Part shown: positions 56,409 to 64,000 of the stretch, in pieces
Layout of the letters: each line of letters begins with the position of its first letter
Numbering within the stretch: position 1 is the first letter of the stretch
Assembly (NCBI GenBank): GCA_034190395.1
Contig: JAXINS010000022.1
Location: 42,260-106,259, forward strand
Direction of reading: 5' to 3'
Origin: Candidatus Chewarchaeum aethiopicum
GTDB taxonomy: Archaea; Halobacteriota; Halobacteria; Halobacteriales; Hikarchaeaceae
Length of the DNA stretch: 64,000 bases
The notes under the pieces: generated by a model
Told to the model about the DNA's origin: nothing
The model's input: the letters and a program-made list of their open reading frames with translations, nothing else
Databases searched by the model: none
Position numbers and translations under genes: made by a program

Positions 56409-58406
56409 ATGTCTGACATCGAAGACGACGTGACTATCGAAGCGCGACTGTCGGAACAGGACTACTTCCGCCCGCCGACCGATTTCATCGGCCAGGCGAA
56501 CGTCAGCGATCCGGATATCTACGATCGATTCGATGACTTCCCCGAGGGGTTTACCGAGTACGCCGAACTCCTCGATTGGGAATCACGCTGGGATGACGTG
56601 CTCGACGACTCGAATCCGCCGTTCTACGAGTGGTTCGTCGGCGGGGAGCTCAACGCGAGTGCCAACTGTATCGACCGGCATCTCGACGAACGAAAGAACC
56701 AGACTGCGCTGCTCTGGGAAGGTGAGGACGGCGAGCAGCGCAACATCACGTATCAGGATCTCTACCGGCAGGTCAACGAGATGGCCGCCGTACTGCAGGA
56801 CGTCGGCGTCGAGGAGGACGACGTCGTCACGCTCCATCTCCCGATGGTCCCGGCCCTGCCGATCACGATGCTGGCATGTGCCCGGATCGGCGCCCCACAC
56901 TCGGAGGTGTTCGCCGGTTTCTCGGCAAGCGCGCTGGCCGACCGGATCGACGACGCCGACTCCGATGTCGTCGTTACCGTCGACGGCTACTACCGGCGTG
57001 GTGAACTGCTCAACCACAAACAGAAAGCCGATCAGGCCCTTGAGGAGGCCGACACCGACGTCGATACCCTCCTCGTTTGGGAACGCCACGAGGGCGAACT
57101 TCACGACGATGTCGAACTCGAGGAGGGCCGTGACATCCTCGTTTCGGAACTCCTCGAACAACACGAACGGGCCCGCGTCGAACCGGTCACCCGGGACGCC
57201 GAGGATCCGCTCTTTTTGATGTACACCTCCGGCACTACCGGGAAACCCAAAGGCTGTCAACACCGCACGGGTGGCTACATGGCCTACGTGACGGGGACCT
57301 CGAAGTACGTCCTCGACATCAAACCCGAGGACACCTACTGGTGTGCGGCCGACATCGGCTGGATTACCGGCCACAGTTACATCGTCTATGGCCCGCTCGC
57401 GCTGGGGACCACGAGCGTGATGTACGAGGGCGCGCCGGATCACCCCCACAAGGCCCGCATCTGGGAGATCGCCGAACGCTACGACGTGGACATCTTCCAC
57501 ACCTCCCCGACGGCCGTCCGGATGTTCATGAAGTGGGGCGAGGACCTCCTCCAGGAATACGACTTCGACTTCCGGCATATGACGACCGTCGGCGAGCCGA
57601 TCCAGCCGGAAGCCTGGCTGTGGTATTACAAACACATCGGCGACGAGGACGCGGTCATCGTCGATACGTGGTGGCAGACCGAGACCGGCGGCCACCTGAT
57701 CACGAACCTCCCTGCCCTGGATGACATGAAACCCGGCTCCGCGGGTAAACCGGCGCCGGGCATCCAGCCGGCGATCTACGACGACAACGGCGACCCGATC
57801 GAACCCAAGAGCGGCCAGGCGGGCAATCTCGTCATCGAGAAGCCCTGGCCGTCGATGCTCCAGACAGTGTACGGCGACGACGAGCGGTTCATCGACGAGT
57901 ACTGGCGTGATTTCTCGGATGTCAACTCCGACGATCCCGAGGATTGGGTCTACAAGGCCGGCGACGGGGCGGTCCACGCACAGGACGGCTACTACCGCAT
58001 CCTCGGCCGGCTCGACGACGTGATGAACGTCGCCGGCCACCGGCTGGGCACGATGGAACTCGAATCCGCCGTCGCCGAGGTCGAGGACGTCGCCGAGGCC
58101 GCCGTCGCCGCCCGCTCGGATCCGGAGAAAGGCGAGGTACCCGACGTCTACGTTACGCTCCGTGAAGGCATCGAGCCGACCGACGACGTCCGCGACCGGA
58201 TCATCCAAGCCGTCGAAGACGAGATCGGCGCGTTCGCTCGCCCGGCGAACGTGATGTTCGTCGATGATCTCCCCAAAACCCGGTCGGGGAAGATCATGCG
58301 GCGACTACTTGAGGACATCTCGAACAACAACGACCTCGGTGACACGACGACCCTCCGCGATCCGTCGGTCCCCGAACAGATCCGCGAACAGATCCACGGG
58401 GACTGA
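56409..58406 (+). CDS. acs: Acetate--CoA ligase (AMP-forming acetyl-CoA synthetase)
   Basis: YTSGTTGKPKG, DIGWITGHSY, VGEPI, DTWWQTETG, GR.DDV and LPKTRSGKIMRR motifs. Confidence 0.96.
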   Translation: MSDIEDDVTIEARLSEQDYFRPPTDFIGQANVSDPDIYDRFDDFPEGFTEYAELLDWESRWDDVLDDSNPPFYEWFVGGELNASANCIDRHLDERKNQTALLWEGEDGEQRNITYQDLYRQVNEMAAVLQDVGVEEDDVVTLHLPMVPALPITMLACARIGAPHSEVFAGFSASALADRIDDADSDVVVTVDGYYRRGELLNHKQKADQALEEADTDVDTLLVWERHEGELHDDVELEEGRDILVSELLEQHERARVEPVTRDAEDPLFLMYTSGTTGKPKGCQHRTGGYMAYVTGTSKYVLDIKPEDTYWCAADIGWITGHSYIVYGPLALGTTSVMYEGAPDHPHKARIWEIAERYDVDIFHTSPTAVRMFMKWGEDLLQEYDFDFRHMTTVGEPIQPEAWLWYYKHIGDEDAVIVDTWWQTETGGHLITNLPALDDMKPGSAGKPAPGIQPAIYDDNGDPIEPKSGQAGNLVIEKPWPSMLQTVYGDDERFIDEYWRDFSDVNSDDPEDWVYKAGDGAVHAQDGYYRILGRLDDVMNVAGHRLGTMELESAVAEVEDVAEAAVAARSDPEKGEVPDVYVTLREGIEPTDDVRDRIIQAVEDEIGAFARPANVMFVDDLPKTRSGKIMRRLLEDISNNNDLGDTTTLRDPSVPEQIREQIHGD

Positions 58407-58534
58407 GCCGGTCGCTCACGGATCGTGGGTTTCGATCGCCACGAGATTCCGTGCCGTTCGTTTTCGATCGCTGGATCGGCCCCGGGAGGTGGTCGTCGCA
58501 GCCGAACAACCGACAGCGATCGGTGGGGTCAGGA

Positions 58535-60238
58535 TCAGGTAACGCCGATCGTCTCCTGATAGCGGCCGTACTCCGCCTCGAACACACGCATGATCTCGCC
58601 CATTGTCGCGTAGGCTTTGACCGCCTCGATGATCGCCGGGATCGTGTTTCGATCCGCATCGATGGCGTCCTGGAGCCGATCGAGGGCAGCCTCGACGGCC
58701 GCGTCGTCACGGTCGGCTTTCACCGTTTCGAGGCGGGCGAGTTGTCGCTCCCGGGTGGCTCGTTCGTCGACTGTGAGCAGATCCGTACTCGTGTCCTCCT
58801 CCTGCGTGTGGGCGTTGACACCGACGACGGTCTCCTCGCCGTCCTCGACGCGTTCTTGATACTCGTAGGCGGCGTCCTGGATCTCCCGATGGAAATACCC
58901 CTGGTCGATCCCTTCGAGGACGCCATCCCGAACTGACCCGTCGCCCATCTCTTTGATCTCCTCGATGTAGGCCATCGTCTTCGCTTCGATCTCGTCGGTC
59001 AGGCTCTCGACGAAGAAGCTGCCGCCGAGCGGGTCGACCGTATCGGCCGCGCCGGATTCCTTGGCGATGATCTGCTGGGTGCGAAGTGCTACCCGAACGG
59101 CCTGTTCGGAGGGCAGCGCCAGTGCTTCATCATAGCTGTTGGTGTGGAGGCTCTGCGAGCCGCCGAGGACGCCGGCGAGTGCTTGGAGTGTCACCCGGAC
59201 GATGTTGTTCATCGGTTGCTGGGCGGTCAGTGATTGCCCCGCCGTCTGGGTATGGAACTTCATTCGACGGGATTCGTCCTTCTCGGCGTCGTACCACTCC
59301 TCCATAATCCGGGCGTAGATGCGCCGGCCAGCCCGGAACTTCGCGACCTCCTCGAAGATCGAGTTATGCGAGTTGAAGAAAAACGAGAGCCGTGGGGCGA
59401 ACGCGTCGATGTCGAGCCCGCGATCGAGGGCGTCCTCGATGTAGGCGAACCCATCGGCCAGCGTAAAGGCCAGCTCCTGGACGGCCGTCGAGCCGGCCTC
59501 ACGGATGTGATACCCCGAGATCGAGACCGGATGGAACTTCGGGGTTTCCTCGGTCGCGAACTCGATGACGTCGGTGACGAGCTTGAGCGAGGGGTCCGGC
59601 GGGATGACCCACTCCTTTTGAGCGATAAATTCCTTGAGCATATCGTTTTGGAGAGTGCCACGGACCTCCGCACGGGGGACGCCCTGTTGGTCGGCGAGGG
59701 CGACGTACATCGCGTAAATCACCGCCGCGCTGGGGTTGATCGTAAACGAGGTCGAGACTTCCCCGACATCGATGCCGTCGAAGAGAATCTCCATATCCCG
59801 GAGCGTATCGACGGCGACACCCTCCTTGCCGACCTCGCCTTCGGACATCGGATCGTCGGAGTCGATCCCCATCAGCGAGGGCATATCGAAGGCCGTCGAC
59901 AGCCCCGTCTGGCCCTCATCGATCAGGTAATGAAAGCGCTCGTTGGTCTCTTCGGCGGTACCATAGCCCGCGAACTGCCGCATCGTCCAGAGGCGGCCCC
60001 GATACATCGTCGGATACACTCCCCGCGTAAAGGGTGGCTCGCCGGGAAAGCCCAGGTCCTCCTCGAAATCGATATCCGCGATGTCCTCGGGAGTGTAGAG
60101 GCGATCGATCTCTAAATTCGAGACGGTCGCAAATCGATTCTTGCGCTCGCCGTGGGCATCGAGGACGGGATCACGAGTCTCGCGCTCCCAGGTCTCTCGG
60201 GCCTCGCGGATTTCCGCGAGATCCTCCTCGTCAAACAT
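58535..60238 (-). CDS. Methylmalonyl-CoA mutase large (substrate-binding) subunit
   Basis: PG..PFTRG.Y..MYRG..WTMRQFAG, QND.LKEF, ISGYHIREAG and QSLHTN..DEA motifs. Confidence 0.95.
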   Translation of the reverse strand: MFDEEDLAEIREARETWERETRDPVLDAHGERKNRFATVSNLEIDRLYTPEDIADIDFEEDLGFPGEPPFTRGVYPTMYRGRLWTMRQFAGYGTAEETNERFHYLIDEGQTGLSTAFDMPSLMGIDSDDPMSEGEVGKEGVAVDTLRDMEILFDGIDVGEVSTSFTINPSAAVIYAMYVALADQQGVPRAEVRGTLQNDMLKEFIAQKEWVIPPDPSLKLVTDVIEFATEETPKFHPVSISGYHIREAGSTAVQELAFTLADGFAYIEDALDRGLDIDAFAPRLSFFFNSHNSIFEEVAKFRAGRRIYARIMEEWYDAEKDESRRMKFHTQTAGQSLTAQQPMNNIVRVTLQALAGVLGGSQSLHTNSYDEALALPSEQAVRVALRTQQIIAKESGAADTVDPLGGSFFVESLTDEIEAKTMAYIEEIKEMGDGSVRDGVLEGIDQGYFHREIQDAAYEYQERVEDGEETVVGVNAHTQEEDTSTDLLTVDERATRERQLARLETVKADRDDAAVEAALDRLQDAIDADRNTIPAIIEAVKAYATMGEIMRVFEAEYGRYQETIGVT

Positions 60239-60305
60239 GGCATCGTCTATGGCTGAGATGGGTTTAAGAATTCCCCGCCTGCGAGGCGTGAGTGCCGATC
60301 CGTGA

Positions 60306-61115
60306 TTACTGTAATCGCTTGGTGGTCTCGATCAGCGGATGGCGGGCGTAATCTACGACCGTGATGTCCTCGATCGTCCGCAATCCCTGTTTTTCGGCGG
60401 TCCGGAGCATGCCGAGTTCGATCGGTTTCTCGACGACGATCACGTATGCCTCCATCTCCTCGATCCCGAGGCGGTCGGCGGCCAACACTCGATGATGGCC
60501 ATCGGCCAACAGCAGGTCGTCGACGGTATCGATCACGACCAGCGGCTCAGCGAGCCCGCGTTCGAGTTCGTAGCTGCGCCCTTCGAGTTCGTCCTGGTAG
60601 ACCTTCGCCTGGGTGGGTCGGAGCTGATCGAGCTGAATCGTCCGGCGCTCCATCTCGACGTCGATGTCGTGGATCGTCTCTAAGGTCCGCATCAGCTTGC
60701 CGACCTTCTCGGGGGTGGCCCGCTCGATCTGACTGCGGATCACGTCGGCGTTCGAGATGATTCCCACGAGGTTGCCGGCGTCGTCGACGACGGGCAGTTT
60801 CTGGATCCCGGATCGGAGGATCACGCGGGCGGCATCGTCGACGGCCATTTCGGGATGGGCCACCACGAGGTCCTGGCTCATGACCTTGAAGATCGGTTCC
60901 GATTCATCGGCCAACAGTAGATCCCGGGCGCTGACGAACCCCTCGACACGGCGGCCGTCAGTCACCGGAAACCCGTTGTGGTCGGTATTCTCGGCGATCC
61001 GTTCGGCGACCTCGCCGACGGTGTCGTTCGCCGAAGCGGTCGCGACATCTCTCGTCATGTAGTCTTTTACTCTCGCTTTTTGGCCGTCGTGCTCGACCGC
61101 CTGATCCATATCCAT
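60306..61115 (-). CDS. CBS-pair plus ParB/Srx-like domain protein
   Basis: Two CBS motifs (HNGFPV, IQKLPVVD); ParB-like L.PTQ and DGHHR. Confidence 0.88.
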   Translation of the reverse strand: MDMDQAVEHDGQKARVKDYMTRDVATASANDTVGEVAERIAENTDHNGFPVTDGRRVEGFVSARDLLLADESEPIFKVMSQDLVVAHPEMAVDDAARVILRSGIQKLPVVDDAGNLVGIISNADVIRSQIERATPEKVGKLMRTLETIHDIDVEMERRTIQLDQLRPTQAKVYQDELEGRSYELERGLAEPLVVIDTVDDLLLADGHHRVLAADRLGIEEMEAYVIVVEKPIELGMLRTAEKQGLRTIEDITVVDYARHPLIETTKRLQ

Positions 61116-61177
61116 CCCGAGGAGACCGCGGGGCAAAAACTTCCCGTCACACCGCCTGTCGGCTGTGACGGCGGTCC

Positions 61178-62662
61178 TTATGACTGATCAAAGCGGGAGG
61201 CAACCCCGCCGTCGGCGGTCAACACTGACAGCGACGGGTCAAGCATCTCCATCGTTTCGACGGTCTCGAAAAACCGGCTGGCGACGAAGTCGGCGACGAG
61301 GTCGGTGACTTCGGATACATCGTCCTCCTCGACCATGCCGAGGATACCTAAGGGCAGTTGAGCCCCGGCCATATCGGAATGACCGCCAGCACTGCCGATC
61401 TGGTCGAACGCTCGCCGGAGGGTTTCGCCCATATCGATGCTTCCACTGAGAGCTCGAGCCGAGAGGTAGATCGTTTCGTCTTTGATGCCACAGACTAACG
61501 TTCCACGGATTCCCTCGATCTGGAGGAGCTGTTCGGCCGCCTGGGCTAAGGTGTCCCGGTCGTTGATCCGGCCGACAGTGCTGACGACGATCGACCCGCG
61601 TTGCTGGCGGTTCTCGATGGCACGGGCGATCGTATCGAAGGTGTCGGCGGTGACGCTCGGGCTCTCGATGCGTTCGAGCACGCTCGTATCGATCCAAGGA
61701 CAGAGAAAGGCCGCGGCCTCGAAGTCGGTGTTCGATGCCTCCCGGCTGAAATCCTTGGTGTCGACGCGGATCCCATACAGCAACGCTGTCGCGACCGTCG
61801 TCGTGATATCGATATCGAGGCGTCTGAGATATTCGACGAGCAGGGTGCTCGTCGCGCCGGCCGCGCTCCGTCGGTCCACGAACGGGGCGTCGATCGGAGC
61901 CCGTACCTGGTGGTGGTCGATCACGATATCGACCGGCGTCTCCTCGGGGAGCTGATCGTTGACCCCGGCCCGGGCGTGATCGACCAGCGCGATGCCGGCG
62001 TAGTCGTCGGGATCGAACGTCTCGACATCGAATTCGGTGAGCGAGATATCGAGTAAATTGACGAACGCCCGGTTCTCCTGATGGGAGATCTCCCCGAAGT
62101 AGCCGATCGTCGCCTCGACGCCGACGGCCGCGGCGATCTCCCTGAGGGCGAGTGCGCTCGCGATCGCGTCCGGATCCGGATTGTCGTGGGTCACGATCGC
62201 CAGCTTGCCGTCGATGCGGGTGAGACTTTGGCGCAGCTTCCAGGCCCGTTCACTGCCGGCACCGGTTACGGTATCGAGCAGGGTCGTCGTCATCGCCGCG
62301 TTGTGATCGATGATGCGGGCATCACTGGCACGCAGTGCCGCCATCGTATCCGCGCTCGGCTCATGGCCGGAATAGGCGATCACCAGCGCCGTTGGAAACG
62401 CCGTGTCGGCGGCTTGGACGGCCGCGTAATTGGTTTCGGGGTCGTCGCCGGCGACAAAGACCGTCGTCACCCCTTCGGCGAACTCCGTGATGGCCGCCGG
62501 GTCGGTCTGGTCGGCCTGTTCGGCCATGATGTTCTCCTCCTGGAGGGCGTTGACGGTCGTCTCGTCGGCATCGATCACGAGCGTATCGCCCTCCCACTCG
62601 ACTAAATCATCGATAACGGTGTGTCCCACCGAACCGCACCCGAGTACGAGCCGGCGGACCAT
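61178..62662 (-). CDS. DHH/DHHA1 phosphoesterase with an N-terminal TrkA-N (RCK) domain
   Basis: LG.G.VG Rossmann start; HDNPDPDA, VDH, IDHH, GI..DT and GGH motifs. Confidence 0.9.
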   Translation of the reverse strand: MVRRLVLGCGSVGHTVIDDLVEWEGDTLVIDADETTVNALQEENIMAEQADQTDPAAITEFAEGVTTVFVAGDDPETNYAAVQAADTAFPTALVIAYSGHEPSADTMAALRASDARIIDHNAAMTTTLLDTVTGAGSERAWKLRQSLTRIDGKLAIVTHDNPDPDAIASALALREIAAAVGVEATIGYFGEISHQENRAFVNLLDISLTEFDVETFDPDDYAGIALVDHARAGVNDQLPEETPVDIVIDHHQVRAPIDAPFVDRRSAAGATSTLLVEYLRRLDIDITTTVATALLYGIRVDTKDFSREASNTDFEAAAFLCPWIDTSVLERIESPSVTADTFDTIARAIENRQQRGSIVVSTVGRINDRDTLAQAAEQLLQIEGIRGTLVCGIKDETIYLSARALSGSIDMGETLRRAFDQIGSAGGHSDMAGAQLPLGILGMVEEDDVSEVTDLVADFVASRFFETVETMEMLDPSLSVLTADGGVASRFDQS

Positions 62663-62831
62663 GTGCCCGTGGCTACCGACTGATACGGTTAAAACCTACC
62701 TTTTGTCACCCGTCACAGCCGTCGGGTCGCCCGATGGACGATTCGATGGATCCGGGTCGCTCTCCATTGACCCGGGCTTTCGATCGGTCTCGGTGATCGG
62801 CGAAGGGTTGAAACGACGACGGGCCGCCGGG

Positions 62832-64000
62832 TTAGACCAGCAGGGTGCTCGCGGCCTGGACGGCTGTTTCGGCGACCGGGCTGAACAACGGCAACAGCAG
62901 GACCGTCCCCACGGCCGCGGCCATCAGCGCGATGTAAAGGCCGGTCGGATAACCGCTGACCTGGAAGTCGCCATTGGGGTCCTCGATCCAGATCGCCTTG
63001 ACGACCCGGGAGTAATAGAACAGGCTCAGTGCGGAGTTGATCGCGCCGACGGCGGCGAGCCACCAGAAGCCGGCGCCGACGGCCCCGAGGAACAGGAAGT
63101 ACTTGCTGATGAACCCGCCGCCGACCGGCAGCCCGGCGAGGCTGAACATGAACACCGCCATCGCCGCACAGGCCAGCGGGGCCTGTTGAGCGAGGCCATT
63201 GTAATCCTCGAAGGTCCGGCCGACGCCCCAGTGTTCGGCCAGGGCCACGAACAGGAACGCGCCCGTGTTCATGAAGCCATAGACCAGCAGGTGCATCATA
63301 CTCGCCCCGAGGACGACGCTGTCGTTGCCGCCGGTCAGGGCCGCCAGCCCGATCAGGGCATAGCCGGCGTGGCCGACCGAGGAGTACGCGAGCATCCGCT
63401 TGACCTTTTCTTGGGTCGCCGCCGCGAAATTCCCGACGGTCATGGTGACGACCGCGAGGATTTGAAGCAACAACACCCAGTCGATACCCATCCCGGCGAG
63501 TTCGGCAATCGGGAAACCGGTGACCAACACTCGGAAGGCGATGACGAACCCGGCGGCCTTCGACGCCGAGGAAATAAAGGCGCTGATCGGGGCGGCCGCG
63601 CCCTCGTATGTATCGGGCGCCCAGAAGTGGAAGGGGACGCTCGCGGTCTTAAACGCGAACCCGCCGACGATCATCAACACGCCGACGCCGAGCAATCCGA
63701 CGAGACTCCCTGCGTCCCCGACCGCCGTGGCGACGGCGTTGAGCTGCAACGAGCCGGTGACGCCATAGACCAGGCTGATCCCGTAGGCCAGCACCGCCGA
63801 GGACAGCGCGCCGATGAGGAAATACTTCAGTCCGGCCTCGACGCTGCCTTCGTTGTCCTTGAGGAACGCAACCAGTGCGTAGGACGGCAGCGAGGACAGT
63901 TCGAGGCTGACGAAGACCGTCGCCAGGCTGTTGGCGTGGGCCATCAGCGCCATCCCCGTTGCGGCCATCAACACCAGCCCATAGTACTCGGCCTGGTGGT
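62832..64000 (-). CDS. nuoN: NADH-quinone oxidoreductase-like subunit N (5' end outside the window)
   Basis: EYY.L, EL.SL..Y, EA.LKYF, FK...VPFH.WAPD.Y.GA, KRMLAYSS and SLAGLP motifs. Confidence 0.93.
   Translation of the reverse strand, partial: HQAEYYGLVLMAATGMALMAHANSLATVFVSLELSSLPSYALVAFLKDNEGSVEAGLKYFLIGALSSAVLAYGISLVYGVTGSLQLNAVATAVGDAGSLVGLLGVGVLMIVGGFAFKTASVPFHFWAPDTYEGAAAPISAFISSASKAAGFVIAFRVLVTGFPIAELAGMGIDWVLLLQILAVVTMTVGNFAAATQEKVKRMLAYSSVGHAGYALIGLAALTGGNDSVVLGASMMHLLVYGFMNTGAFLFVALAEHWGVGRTFEDYNGLAQQAPLACAAMAVFMFSLAGLPVGGGFISKYFLFLGAVGAGFWWLAAVGAINSALSLFYYSRVVKAIWIEDPNGDFQVSGYPTGLYIALMAAAVGTVLLLPLFSPVAETAVQAASTLLV

Overview
This is a high-GC chromosomal segment from a haloarchaeon (class Halobacteria), inferred from the acidic proteins, tfe, trm56, rnp4, archaeal SRP RNA, ether-lipid synthases and an arlG-like gene. 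About 70 coding genes, tRNA-Arg(TCG) and the 7S SRP RNA can be supported. Most content is core metabolism: ether-lipid and glycolipid enzymes, the trm56-tfe cluster, acyl-CoA and branched-chain catabolism, gluconeogenesis (fba/fbp), split methylmalonyl-CoA mutase with MeaB, acs, heme o synthase, and the 3' part of nuoN. I saw no CRISPR array, transposase or integrase. Several things merit a second look. (1) Two co-oriented genes next to a cold-shock gene (55236-56194) share an unannotated ~45-aa C-terminal domain; one carries a ribbon-helix-helix-like N-terminus, the other an amphipathic helix and a zinc ribbon. (2) A receptor-like fusion joins a degenerate Mrr-type domain, a TM helix and a PQQ-type beta-propeller. 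(3) A CitE/MaoC/carboxyltransferase/acyl-CoA dehydrogenase set mirrors the mycobacterial (R)-HMG-CoA leucine route. (4) A TrkA-DHH plus CBS-ParB pair lies downstream of nuoN. (5) A DUF433/DUF5615 toxin-antitoxin pair at the tRNA 3' side has an internally deleted toxin. (6) A canonical G-quadruplex motif sits just upstream of rnp4. All family calls come from motif recognition by eye, not from database searches.
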